Below, in pieces: positions 1-10,264 of a stretch of DNA of 64,000 nt (the stretch's first letter is position 1; each line of letters starts with the position of its first letter). The notes under the pieces are model-generated. The model saw only the letters and a program-made list of their open reading frames with translations, had not been told where the DNA came from and searched no databases. Source of the DNA: Candidatus Bathyarchaeota archaeon (GTDB lineage Archaea > Thermoproteota > Bathyarchaeia > Bathyarchaeales > Bathycorpusculaceae); assembly GCA_963815095.1 (NCBI GenBank), contig CAWFFH010000005.1:96001-160000 (forward strand), given 5' to 3'. Both the position numbers and the translations under genes were made by a program.

Positions 1-329
1 TTTTTAACTTGCAAAGCCCATTCTAACGTTAAAGCGTCTGCCGCATCTTTCTTTAGAGTTTTTAACGGCATATTTTATCCCCAGAGATATTCATAATCGT
101 GGAATAATTAGTCTACGTTGATTAGCTTTATTAGAATGTTGAATAAAGTGCTTTTGATATAAATATTGCTTGGAAAAACTCAACTTCCCCCATAAAAAAC
201 CATTAAACTCTAAACCAAACGGCAAGTAACTAGTTCTCCAAATTAATTGGCGGTTACGAGAATACTGCAAACAACTTCTTAGGGTTGAGAAAACAAAAAA
301 TAGAATACTTGTCTAAAAAGAGCCAGACA

Positions 330-437
330 TTACTTTTTGCCAGCTTTCCTAGCGCAAGCATCACTACAATACTTCGACTTAGCATCAAACGTGGTGTATT
401 TCTTTTTACAGATTGGACATTTCTTTTCCAAATTCAA
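330..437 (-). CDS. small zinc-finger protein (35 aa)
   Basis: TTG start after GGAGTGG; CPICKK...YCSDAC (CxxC-x13-CxxxC); TATA-like AAAACTTATA about 30 nt upstream. Confidence 0.5.
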   Translation of the reverse strand: MNLEKKCPICKKKYTTFDAKSKYCSDACARKAGKK

Positions 438-474
438 TCCCACTCCACATATACGGCGAGCTAAGGTATAAGTT

Positions 475-738
475 TTAAGGAACAGGCTCCTTAACGGGCG
501 ACTTGGGCGTAAACGACAAATCCACACCCAACTTCAAACCAAACTTACCGCCCACCGAACCCACAGAAAAATTAAAACCCTCCACATCAACAGCCAAACG
601 CTGCCCACCCAACGATGTCTCCTTAATGCTATCGACAAAATCGCGAACTTTATTGATTATCTCATTAACATCCACATTCACACTCGCAATCTTCTCAACC
701 TCAGGACTACGCACTTGAACCTCAACATTAACCATCAT
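475..738 (-). CDS. hypothetical protein
   Basis: ORF 475-771; GGAGG ribosome-binding site precedes GTG/ATG at 741/738. Confidence 0.55.
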   Translation of the reverse strand: MMVNVEVQVRSPEVEKIASVNVDVNEIINKVRDFVDSIKETSLGGQRLAVDVEGFNFSVGSVGGKFGLKLGVDLSFTPKSPVKEPVP

Positions 739-939
739 CACTTTCCTCCAAAATCCCCACACAAAACTCACTCGCCAAACGCTTTAAACCTTGCGCGGCC
801 CCAACGCAGAAGGCTATATTCTTTAAAAACTAATGCAAATGATATTGCGACCAAAAAAAGGGTGCCACTAACGGTGTGGATAAGGCAGTTCTGGAGTGTT
901 ATTTGCTAATCGTTAACATCATGTTTCCGTTTCGTTTTG

Positions 940-947
940 TTTAAATA
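940..947 (+). promoter_or_regulatory. archaeal TATA box of rps12-rps7
   Basis: TTTAAATA 45 nt upstream of the rps12 start. Confidence 0.45.
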
Positions 948-992
948 TTAGTACTATGACTATGATGTTGCAAAAAGAAGGAATATCTTAGA

Positions 993-1433
993 ATGGGTTC
1001 CAAGTCTCCAAGAGGCGAATTTGCCGCAAGGCAACTAGCAAAGAAACGGAAAAACTTCCGTTGGTCAGATCGTTACTTTAACCGACGCATGCTTAGACTC
1101 GACGAAAAAGTTGACCCTATGCAGGGTGCACCCCAAAGCAGGGGTATCGTTCTCGAGAAAGTAGGTGTCGAATCAAAACAACCCAACAGTGCCATCCGCA
1201 AATGCGTCCGCACACAACTCATCAAAAACGGCAGAACAATTACAGCGTTCTTGCCCGGTGACGGCGCTCTCAACGTAGTCGACGAACACGACGAAGTCGT
1301 TGTAGAAGGCATCGGCGGAACAAGAGGCGGCGCTATGGGAGACATTCCTGGAGTAAGATGGAAGGTCGTTATGGTTAACGGCGTAAGCCTAAATGAACTA
1401 GTTTACGGTCGAAAACAAAAACCAGCAAGGTAA
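993..1433 (+). CDS. rps12: 30S ribosomal protein S12 (uS12, archaeal type)
   Basis: [12 protein letters not shown] and [10 protein letters not shown] motifs. Confidence 0.98.
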   Translation: MGSKSPRGEFAARQLAKKRKNFRWSDRYFNRRMLRLDEKVDPMQGAPQSRGIVLEKVGVESKQPNSAIRKCVRTQLIKNGRTITAFLPGDGALNVVDEHDEVVVEGIGGTRGGAMGDIPGVRWKVVMVNGVSLNELVYGRKQKPAR

Positions 1434-1438
1434 ATTTT

Positions 1439-2032
1439 ATGTCAACAGTATCATCTGTAGCTCAACCACAAGAAATTAAGCTCTTCCAAAAATGGAGTTT
1501 CAAAGACATCGCAGTCGTAGACATCGGATTGCAAAGATACCTCAACCTAACCCCGATGGTTGCACCCCACAGCATGGGACGCCACGAACACCAACGCTTC
1601 CGCAAAGCCAAAGTAAACATCGTTGAACGCTTAATCAACGGCTTAATGCGATCAGGCAAAAACAGCGGCAAAAAAGCCAAAGCAACAAACATAGTTAAAG
1701 AAACATTCGAAATCATTTATCTACGCACAGGCAAAAACCCAATTGAAGTTCTCGTTAAAGCAGTCGAAAACGCTTCACCATGCGAAGACACCACACGTGT
1801 CAGCTACGGAGGAGTCGTCTACCACCTATCAGTAGACGTTGCACCACAACGCAGAATCGACCTTGCGATACGCCACATAACAACAGGTGCCCGTGCATCC
1901 TCAGCAAACAACCCACGCAGCATCCAAGAAACCCTCGCCGACGAACTCGTGCTCGCAGCCAACAAAGACATAAAAAGCGTCGCCATAGCCAAACGCAATG
2001 AAATCGAACGCGTCGCACAATCCAGCAGATAA
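1439..2032 (+). CDS. rps7: 30S ribosomal protein S7 (uS7)
   Basis: IKLFQKW, NIVERLIN, SVDVAPQRRID, C-terminal ERVAQSSR; follows rps12. Confidence 0.98.
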   Translation: MSTVSSVAQPQEIKLFQKWSFKDIAVVDIGLQRYLNLTPMVAPHSMGRHEHQRFRKAKVNIVERLINGLMRSGKNSGKKAKATNIVKETFEIIYLRTGKNPIEVLVKAVENASPCEDTTRVSYGGVVYHLSVDVAPQRRIDLAIRHITTGARASSANNPRSIQETLADELVLAANKDIKSVAIAKRNEIERVAQSSR

Positions 2033-2159
2033 AAATCTGCCCTCTTCTGTTTTTACCTTTAATATATTATTTTTTCTTTAATAAAAAAACCCGCTTCTGG
2101 GCATAAATTGGAAAAAACCTTATAACCTATAAACGCCGCCTTCTTTTCAATAAACAATC

Positions 2160-3152
2160 ATGAAGAGAGATAAATTGAAAAAAATATTAGCAACTCTAAT
2201 TGTTTTTGCGTTAATCCTATCTTCGTTCTCCCTATTGAATTCTGCTCTAAACGTTAAAGCGCAAACTGTAGAAACTGCAGTCTTAAGTTACAACTGGTAC
2301 ATCGCCCCCGCCAACACCGTATTAGCTGAATATCAAGGTGACTTAGTCGTTGTGGGTGAAGTCCAAAACACGGGCACCACAGTTTTAGGCAGCATCTATG
2401 TTGTTGGCTCCGCTTATAATTCAACTGGGCAGATTATAGCTCAAAGCGAAGGCAGAGCTTTCGGAATAACGTTGGCGGTTGGAGCGAAAGCGCCTTTCTA
2501 CATGGATTTTGCACCAGAAACTAGCACCCCAAGCTTGGACCTATCTTGGGTACCCAACGTTACCAGTGTTACAGTTACCGTGTTAACTGCTCAGGAGCCA
2601 ACTAATACTGTTAGCACCGATGTGGTAGTTTCATCTGACACTCTTCATGGTATAGATAACGCAGGGGTCTACACGGTTACAGGCTCCGTGTTGAACGTGG
2701 GCTCTAATCCTGTCAGCGATGTCGTGCTCTACGGTACATTCTATAACTCAACAGGAGGAGTTATCGCCATAGGTTACATGGACTTGGGAACCTCACTACA
2801 ACCCTCCGGATCCACCACCTTCACAATGACACCGATGGATAACACTGCAGCACTCACGAGTCAAATCGCATCATTCAATGTTACTTCTCTAGGCGTTCCA
2901 GTTGCTGAGGCAACGTCTACGCCTATTCCTACAGCTGCACCAACAACACAGCCAACCTCTTCTCCAAGTAGCTCTCCAACCCCCACACAAAACTCTGGCA
3001 CAATGGGGTCTATCGCGACGTATGCAATAGTAATCGCGGTTGTAGTGATTATAGTATTGATTGTAGGTCTTATGTTTCTTAGAAGACGGGGAAGCAGTCA
3101 AAAGGTTGAAGCACAAACGTTACCGCAACCACCGCCTCCACCACCAGCCTAA
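2160..3152 (+). CDS. membrane-anchored surface protein with two FxLYD-like Ig domains
   Basis: signal peptide; two GEV/GSV-xN...YNSTG repeats; Ser/Thr/Pro linker; C-terminal TM helix and polyproline tail. Confidence 0.75.
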   Translation: MKRDKLKKILATLIVFALILSSFSLLNSALNVKAQTVETAVLSYNWYIAPANTVLAEYQGDLVVVGEVQNTGTTVLGSIYVVGSAYNSTGQIIAQSEGRAFGITLAVGAKAPFYMDFAPETSTPSLDLSWVPNVTSVTVTVLTAQEPTNTVSTDVVVSSDTLHGIDNAGVYTVTGSVLNVGSNPVSDVVLYGTFYNSTGGVIAIGYMDLGTSLQPSGSTTFTMTPMDNTAALTSQIASFNVTSLGVPVAEATSTPIPTAAPTTQPTSSPSSSPTPTQNSGTMGSIATYAIVIAVVVIIVLIVGLMFLRRRGSSQKVEAQTLPQPPPPPPA

Positions 3153-3312
3153 AAGTTCTTTTCTTAATTTTTTTTCTAAAGTTTATCCATGTTAGAGTTA
3201 ACTTTAGGCGGGACAAGCAAAGGGGTTCCGCTTTATACAGCCCAACAAAACTCCAAAGAAAAATAGTTGCCTAAACTTCTAATAACATCAACCATCAGCA
3301 TACAGTCTAAGC

Positions 3313-4500
3313 TTACGCGATTTTCGCGTGAATCTCCACGATGTCGCCGTCGTCTAAAACAAAGTTCATGCCGACCTTTTTGGGGCTGAAGGGTAGCCGC
3401 TTGGCCCACACCATGGCAAACATGAAGTTCATAAGGAGTTCCTTGTGGATGTTCTTGGCTAATTCGTTGACGGTGGCGCCCTTCTTGAGTGCGAAGGGGC
3501 GGTCCGCATGCGCTTTTTTGCCTGGTTCTTTGGTGTAAATGCGAATAAGCCCCAATGAATCGAAGAGTGCTTTTCCCATTTCTTGAAGTCCAACTCTATT
3601 TTGTGCGGACATGGCAACGATGGGTAATTTGCCGTTGACGAATGCTTTTAGGTGGCGCAGGTTTGCTTGTGCGCCTTTCAAATCCAGTTTGTTAGCCACG
3701 ACGACAGCGGGTTTGTACATGGTTGTTTCGTAAATGGCGTTCTCCACATCTTCCAATGTGACTTCGCCGCTGATGTGCACGATAGCATCGTGGACTTTGT
3801 AGTCCCTTAGCAGTTGCTCCACCTGGCTCATAGTGCAGTAAAGCAGTTTGCCGACGAGGATAACTCGCAGTGCTGTGCCCGAATGGCGCCTGTCAATCTC
3901 CACTTTGCCGCTGGGCTTGTAGACTAATATTCGAGTTTTCTCCAGTTCCGCCAAAATTAAATCTAACTGCTCAACGGGGTCTCTGCCTAAATCTACCATT
4001 AAGATTACTCCGTCGGCGTTGCGGGCTAAGCCAAGTGTGACGTTGCCGCCTGCTTTTCCTTCTGCTGCTCCCTCCATTACTGCTGGTGCTTCCACAATCT
4101 GGAATTGTACATCCATGTAATTCATTATGCCGGGCATGGGTTCGTGTGTGCTAAATGGGGTAGGGGTTACGAGAACTTTTGAGTTTGTTACAGCGGTCAT
4201 GAGTGCGCTTTTGCCAACGTTGGTCATACCTACCAACGCTATCTGGGCTGAACCTTCCTTCTCGATGAAAAGTTTTGGTCCCCCGCTGCTCTTGCCAGTG
4301 CCTTGGCGCTTCTTTTTCTCCAAATCATCTCGGATAAGCGCAATTTTGCGGTTCATTTCACCGCGCAGTTTCATGGTACCTTTGTGATGCGGAACGCACT
4401 TTAGGAACTCTAGCATAGCATCCATTTTTTCTTTGGGCGTGTGGGCAGCTTCAACTAGCTCCCATTTATCCATCGCTTCAGGCGGCAAATTAGTCGGCAT
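3313..4500 (-). CDS. DRG/OBG-family GTP-binding protein with TGS domain
   Basis: MPTNLPPEA start, PHHKGT, G1 GMTNVGKS, G4 NKLD, C-terminal TGS (IYTK...DGDIVEIH); G3 reads EAPA. Confidence 0.9.
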   Translation of the reverse strand: MPTNLPPEAMDKWELVEAAHTPKEKMDAMLEFLKCVPHHKGTMKLRGEMNRKIALIRDDLEKKKRQGTGKSSGGPKLFIEKEGSAQIALVGMTNVGKSALMTAVTNSKVLVTPTPFSTHEPMPGIMNYMDVQFQIVEAPAVMEGAAEGKAGGNVTLGLARNADGVILMVDLGRDPVEQLDLILAELEKTRILVYKPSGKVEIDRRHSGTALRVILVGKLLYCTMSQVEQLLRDYKVHDAIVHISGEVTLEDVENAIYETTMYKPAVVVANKLDLKGAQANLRHLKAFVNGKLPIVAMSAQNRVGLQEMGKALFDSLGLIRIYTKEPGKKAHADRPFALKKGATVNELAKNIHKELLMNFMFAMVWAKRLPFSPKKVGMNFVLDDGDIVEIHAKIA

Positions 4501-4815
4501 GTAAACTACGCAAATACAATCTACCAGTCAACCATAAGACTATTTCTAAAATAAAACCCAAAAAATCAAAGCTCATACCCACAAAGAAGAAAGAACCGGC
4601 GCTTTTGATTACAATCAGGTTAAACTTTAGAATTGACTTGATTAGTTAATAGTACTACCTTAGAATGCATCTTACCGTTGATGGGTATGGTAAGCGTCTC
4701 AAAAGCAGCAGTCCTGCTCAAGCCTCAAGGTTGCGCTGATAAAATGAACGTTTGACCAATAAAATATGAGGTTTATTGCAAAGTTTTTTATGCACACTCA
4801 GCTCTCAATATTTAG

Positions 4816-6483
4816 TTGGGGATAAAGATAGTGCATTCTATCGATGTTACCCAGTCAAAGTCAAATAAGCAGACGACTCCATTAATTCCTTCTTCACCCC
4901 ACTCCTTTAAAAATAAAAAAGTCGATGATGCAAGCAAAGGGTTTCTTGAAGAATTAGGCATTAAGAGTGACGAGTTCAAAATTTTATTTGACAATCTTCC
5001 CCAAGCTGTTGCCCTATATAAGATGGTTTATGACCAAAAAGGCGAGCCAGTTGATTATATTCTCCTCAAAAGTAATTTGGCATACGACAAAATTCATTCT
5101 TTTAAAAGAGGAAAAATTGGACAGAAAGTATCGGAGTCTAATTCAAAAATAAACGGTGGCAAAATAGATTGGCTACATGTTTATGGTCGGCTAGCCAAGA
5201 CTTGTGTTCCAAAATATTTTGAATCCTACTCCAAACCCGCAGACAAGTGGTATCAAATCTATGTTTACAGCCCAAAGAAGACCTTTTTCGTTTCTGTTTT
5301 CACAGATATCACTAATCAAAAAAAGAGATCGGCACACGAACTCGAGGAACAAAAGAAATCCGAACAAGAACTAATGTTTTCAGAAAAAAAGTACCGTAGA
5401 CTCTACGAAACAACCCAAGATGGAATTATGGCCCGGGATCAGGCAGGAAGAATGATTGACTGCAATCTTGCCTACGCAAAGATGTTGGGTTACTCAAAAA
5501 AAGAATTAAGGAACCTGACAATTAAGCAGCTGTTACCTGAGAAATGGCTTGAACAAAGAGAAAAAATCGTGAAAAAAGTCCTGAAAACTGGGCACTCTTT
5601 GGTTTTTGAACGGGAATATAAACGAAAAGATGGCTCGGTTTTTCCGGCATCCGTTAGAACTTGGCGGCTAACTAACGGAAAGGGCAAAGTTGTGGGCATA
5701 TGGTCCATTGTTCGAGACATAACTGAGCAAAAAGAATTGCAGAGGAACCTTGAAAATCAGGCAGATTATCTCAAAAAAGTAATCGAAGACCGAACAAAAC
5801 AGCTTAAAGATTCAGAACGTCTAGTCGCCATTGGACAAACCGCTGGTATGGTTGGTCATGACCTTCGTAATCCACTGCAAACTGTAATCGGCGAATTATT
5901 CCTGGCGAAAAATGAAGTTACAATATTAGCGGATGGCGAAGTTAAAAGAAACCTGCAAGAGAGCATTCACGTAATAGAAGAGCAAGCAGTTTACATGGAT
6001 AAGATTGTTTCAGACTTACAAGCCTTCGTTCAACCCATAAAAATCGATAAGAAACCCTTTAGTCTAAAAGAACTGGTTTCAAGCGTTTTGTCATCAGTTG
6101 CCCTTCCAAGTAACATAGTGATGCAGACGCAAATCGACGTTCATTTTCCACAATTAAAAGGAGACCTCCAACTCCTTAAACGTGTTTTAATCAACTTGGT
6201 TACCAACGCGGTGCAAGCTATGCCCGATGGAGGCAAACTAACCATAACGGGACATGTCAATTTGGAAGAGCAAGCCGTCATTAGTGTGCAGGATACGGGC
6301 ATAGGAATACCCGAAGCAATCAAGAGACAAATTTTCACACCGCTCTTTACCACCAAGCCGCGTGGACAAGGTTTCGGGTTAGCGGTTTGCAAACGCGTTA
6401 TAGAAGCACACAGCGGTACCATCAACTTCGAAAGTACCGAGCGAAAAGGCGCCAAATTCACAATCCAGTTTCCAGCAAATTAA
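4816..6483 (+). CDS. PAS-domain sensor histidine kinase
   Basis: two PAS/PAC domains; H-box HDLRNPL; N-box NLVTNA; DTGIG, FTTK and GFGL boxes. Confidence 0.95.
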   Translation: MGIKIVHSIDVTQSKSNKQTTPLIPSSPHSFKNKKVDDASKGFLEELGIKSDEFKILFDNLPQAVALYKMVYDQKGEPVDYILLKSNLAYDKIHSFKRGKIGQKVSESNSKINGGKIDWLHVYGRLAKTCVPKYFESYSKPADKWYQIYVYSPKKTFFVSVFTDITNQKKRSAHELEEQKKSEQELMFSEKKYRRLYETTQDGIMARDQAGRMIDCNLAYAKMLGYSKKELRNLTIKQLLPEKWLEQREKIVKKVLKTGHSLVFEREYKRKDGSVFPASVRTWRLTNGKGKVVGIWSIVRDITEQKELQRNLENQADYLKKVIEDRTKQLKDSERLVAIGQTAGMVGHDLRNPLQTVIGELFLAKNEVTILADGEVKRNLQESIHVIEEQAVYMDKIVSDLQAFVQPIKIDKKPFSLKELVSSVLSSVALPSNIVMQTQIDVHFPQLKGDLQLLKRVLINLVTNAVQAMPDGGKLTITGHVNLEEQAVISVQDTGIGIPEAIKRQIFTPLFTTKPRGQGFGLAVCKRVIEAHSGTINFESTERKGAKFTIQFPAN

Positions 6484-6785
6484 GGCTTAATGCTTTCTTC
6501 ACATGTGGTGGTTCCTTTGAACTTTTGTCTTAGGCTGTAAGCAAATGCGATGAACCAGAAAGCCACAGTTGCCCATCCTAACGCAAAACCAACAGTGTTT
6601 CCAAGCAAGTAATACGCTATTTCGAAGCCAACGATGGAAACAAACGTCAAAAATGAACCTGAAATGCTGTAACCGCGTAGTACTTTTCTATTTTTGATAA
6701 CTGCCCGAAGCATCAAAAGCAGGGCGATGAAATTTATGATACTTGCCAAATCCAAAGCTAAATTGGCTAAACTTAATGTGTCCAT
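6480..6785 (-). CDS. small 3-TM membrane protein (PQ-loop/SemiSWEET-like topology)
   Basis: three hydrophobic helices from ATG 6785; KNRKVLRGYS loop. Confidence 0.6.
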   Translation of the reverse strand: MDTLSLANLALDLASIINFIALLLMLRAVIKNRKVLRGYSISGSFLTFVSIVGFEIAYYLLGNTVGFALGWATVAFWFIAFAYSLRQKFKGTTTCEESIKP

Positions 6786-7122
6786 TTGTGTGTTTCCAAA
6801 AGCCAAAACGGTTTGCGGTAACTTAAGACTATCGCAGAACTCCAAAGCGGACACAAAATACCTTCTTCATAGTCATGCTGTACCTATTAACAAAGGACGG
6901 TGCGATGTCCACGAGCACCAAAAACCTGCATCAAACGCTTCAGCCTAGTTTCCCAGTATGCAAAAGTCTTTAGTCCAGAAGGAAAAGGCCTTAGTTGACG
7001 AAGCAAATCAAGTTAAACTAGGTTTTTCCTAATTTTCTCAATGCTTTTAACTTTTTGCAATTCTGGTAAAATAATATATAGGTTGAAAGTAAAATACTAC
7101 AACTTGTACGGGAGTGGGTTAA

Positions 7123-7818
7123 ATGAGAAAACTTGGGTTCACTTTCCTTGTAGTTATCGTAGTTTGCTTAGTATTTTTAATTTCAAGTGGATGCGTATCT
7201 GCTCAAACTTCTAATGTTGTTACCGTTAGAGCGTTTCTCTCCAACCCGCAACCTCAACAAGGGGAAAACATTTCGGTTCTGTTTTTTTTCCAAAATAATT
7301 CGAATGATTCACTAACTATAAATTATGTTGGTCTACATTTTGATTGGATGCCTGCCGATAGCTTTTACGGCTTAAATTCAAGCAGCTCGCCTATCATTGT
7401 TCCTGCAGAAGGCACCTACACTTTTCCAAGATCAATTAATATTACGGTGCCAGCTGATGCAACAGTAAGCGTACATACATATTACGTTGGAGTTGACGGA
7501 ACGGAGGGCGCTTCAGAAACGGCGTTTTCCGTAAGTTCTGACGTAGCTGATTTCTTAGTGGTTAGTAACGGCCAATCTACTACTCCATCTACCAGCACAA
7601 ATTCAGGACAACCAACGAATCAACAAAACCTCATTCTATATGCAGCAGTTGGAGCAGCAATAATAATCGTTGTATTGCTGGTGTTAGTGCTTGTTATGCG
7701 GAAAAATCGAACAAAACCCAAGAAAACGCCAAATCAAGAAACCAATTTGCCACCCCCACCGCCACCAACAAGTCCTTCTGAAAAGAAGCCTACTTCCGGA
7801 CCAGACTTCGATATCTAA
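7123..7818 (+). CDS. membrane-anchored Ig-like surface protein
   Basis: signal peptide, beta-rich domain with NxS/T sequons, C-terminal TM, polyproline tail. Confidence 0.75.
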   Translation: MRKLGFTFLVVIVVCLVFLISSGCVSAQTSNVVTVRAFLSNPQPQQGENISVLFFFQNNSNDSLTINYVGLHFDWMPADSFYGLNSSSSPIIVPAEGTYTFPRSINITVPADATVSVHTYYVGVDGTEGASETAFSVSSDVADFLVVSNGQSTTPSTSTNSGQPTNQQNLILYAAVGAAIIIVVLLVLVLVMRKNRTKPKKTPNQETNLPPPPPPTSPSEKKPTSGPDFDI

Positions 7819-7918
7819 TTTTTTTGAAAAACCAAAAAATCAGGCTTTAATTAGTTGAAAAATCGGTTGAAAAGCCTTATAGCTCCATCAACAAAGATAT
7901 TACCCTAAATGTGAGACT

Positions 7919-8596
7919 TTGAGGGAACCCCGCAACAACTCGGTCTTAACTGGACTCGCAGGCATTATGGTCTTAGTCTTGGCGCTCTCATATTTTTGCC
8001 CTACTTTACAAGCTCAAACCAATACAACCTTCACGCCTCAAGAAAAATTCAGCATACCCGCACTCAATGGCACTATCACTTTCGCCGTAAACGGATCTTA
8101 TTCATCAGTGGCATTGCAGAATCAAACTTGGAGTTTTACAAACCTAAAACTTAGAAACTCTCAATCTCCGGGAAACTTAGAGATTTCCGTTGAAAACTCA
8201 AACATGACCATCTACTCATACCGGAGCCCAGCTTTTACGCTTGGTGCAACGTTAAGCTGCATTGTTCAGGGTATTGGTAAGCAGACAATTAACTTTGGTC
8301 TTAACACTTCACGCTCTACCGACGCCAGCGAATGGTTTGTAACCACTCCAGGCGATAGTGGAAATACCATTTTTCTTGCTGAAGGCGAAGGCTGGGCTCT
8401 CTTACCTGACAACACAATAGTTCTAACTATCCTAACGGGCAACTTATCAATAACTCATTATAGCGGCTTCGAAGTTCCAAACAATTCGAACCAGACGTTT
8501 TTTGAACAACACTCAATATTAATCGTAACGGCAGCTTTAGTTGTGGTTACAGTTGCAGTTGCGGTCGCAGTCAAATTAAAAGTGAGGGTTAAATGA
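7919..8596 (+). CDS. membrane-anchored surface protein
   Basis: signal peptide, beta-rich ectodomain, C-terminal TM; ATGA overlap with the next gene. Confidence 0.7.
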   Translation: MREPRNNSVLTGLAGIMVLVLALSYFCPTLQAQTNTTFTPQEKFSIPALNGTITFAVNGSYSSVALQNQTWSFTNLKLRNSQSPGNLEISVENSNMTIYSYRSPAFTLGATLSCIVQGIGKQTINFGLNTSRSTDASEWFVTTPGDSGNTIFLAEGEGWALLPDNTIVLTILTGNLSITHYSGFEVPNNSNQTFFEQHSILIVTAALVVVTVAVAVAVKLKVRVK

Positions 8597-9855
8597 TGGT
8601 TTGGCAAAACGACCCCCTCACAATCATATTGGTCTACGTCTTGATAGTTGTCGTCGGTATTGTTCTTATCCTAAATTTATCTAAAGATAAAACCAGAAGA
8701 ATCAGCACATTAAGACTCTTCATACAAATAGCCGCTGTTTTCGGTGTATTCATGGGACTAATAATTGGTCCATTCAACCAACCCGGCTCGCTATTTTATC
8801 CCCTAGGCATTTCGCCCCGTGACCACTTAATCGGGGCTAACGTTTTAGGCAACCAATTCCCAGATGGCATCTCCCTCCCCATCTTAGCCTGCTACTATCC
8901 CAACGGGCGAACAGTTACCTGCGCAATTTGGCAGTTGCAAGCCTACATTTTTCCCTTCTGGAACTACCCTCGAGGCTATGAGGTAATCTATTCCACTTCG
9001 GGGTTGGAAAAAATAGGGATAGTTATTGGTATGTTGGTTGTGGCGTCTATTGTTTTAGGTAGGTCTTTCTGCGGTTGGCTCTGCCCCTTCGGCTTATACC
9101 ACGATGTCCTAACGCGAATTCGCAAATCCACGCGGCTGCGGCATCTGAGTTTCTCTGACAAAACAAACTCGGCACTTGGGCAATCCCGCTACATTATAAT
9201 CGCGGTATTCTTGATTTTAAGCGTCATCTTCGCTTCATACACCATTTTTGGCACACAACTTATTCCAGGAACCAAACTTGGCGGACCACAGGGAACCGAA
9301 GCAGGCATCGTTAGTAACATCAACGAGCCCTTCTGCCTGATTTGCCCCATGAGACCTCTGTGTATTTTGATAGAATGCGCCATTGGACAAATGAATTATT
9401 CCTACATCTCCCAAATCGTGTATGGTCCCTTCTGGATATCAGGCTTCTATTTGACCTCGATAAATCTGGCTGTTCTTGCCGTCGTTACGATTTTGGCTTT
9501 GGTTTACAGGCGTTTCTGGTGCCGAATCTGCCCCTTAGGAGGCATAACTGCGCTTTTCAGCACATTTACACCGTTCAAACAAATCGCCCTGACTAAACTT
9601 CAGAAAGATGAGCACAAATGCACTAAATGCGGTGTTTGCAAGCGTGTTTGCCCAACCCAAGCCACCGCCATGTTCGCTCAGAAGGGCGGAGACGTAACCG
9701 AATCCAAATGTATGCTATGCGCACGTTGCGTTGAAATTTGTCCGTATGAAGGTGCATTGGAACTAAAGTTTGCTGGGAAGTCTCTGATGAAGTCAAGGAA
9801 CTGGCTGGAAGATAAATCGGGCAGCAATCAACCCGAAAGCAAACAAGACAGCTAA
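8593..9855 (+). CDS. NapH/MauN-like membrane 4Fe-4S protein
   Basis: FCGWLCPFG, FCLICP, WCRICPLG and two CxxCxxCxxxCP ferredoxin motifs; multiple TM helices. Confidence 0.9.
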   Translation: MMVWQNDPLTIILVYVLIVVVGIVLILNLSKDKTRRISTLRLFIQIAAVFGVFMGLIIGPFNQPGSLFYPLGISPRDHLIGANVLGNQFPDGISLPILACYYPNGRTVTCAIWQLQAYIFPFWNYPRGYEVIYSTSGLEKIGIVIGMLVVASIVLGRSFCGWLCPFGLYHDVLTRIRKSTRLRHLSFSDKTNSALGQSRYIIIAVFLILSVIFASYTIFGTQLIPGTKLGGPQGTEAGIVSNINEPFCLICPMRPLCILIECAIGQMNYSYISQIVYGPFWISGFYLTSINLAVLAVVTILALVYRRFWCRICPLGGITALFSTFTPFKQIALTKLQKDEHKCTKCGVCKRVCPTQATAMFAQKGGDVTESKCMLCARCVEICPYEGALELKFAGKSLMKSRNWLEDKSGSNQPESKQDS

Positions 9856-10050
9856 TCTAAATTCACATAAATACTTTGGTTATATTTAACATCTAACATA
9901 AGTGAACTAATTCTTGCGTCACAGATGCTTTCGGTTTTTAGGCTAACGCAAGGTTACTAATTTGACTCGAAGTATTAACCACAGAATACGTCCCTGCAAG
10001 AGTATTGAGAATTAAAGATTTACAATAAAAAAATTTTATTTGTTATTGTT

Positions 10051-10128
10051 TGGTGGACGAGGCGGGATTTGAACCCGCGACCTCCACGATGCCAACGTGG
10101 CGATCATGCCAGACTGATCTACTCGCCC
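10051..10128 (-). tRNA. tRNA-Ala(GGC), CCA encoded
   Basis: GGGCGAG/CTCGTCC acceptor with G3:U70; CCACG-TTGGCAT-CGTGG anticodon arm; GGTTCAAATCC T-arm. Confidence 0.97.
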
Positions 10129-10264
10129 AAATTTTATCTGGCTTCAGAAAGTTACCCCGCCTCGTTTAATAAGCATTTCTTATGGACATGTTGGTTTAGA
10201 AATGTGGCGCGTATCTTTTTATACGGCAAACGCAAATAGAAAAGCCAAGCAAGGTGCAAATATC

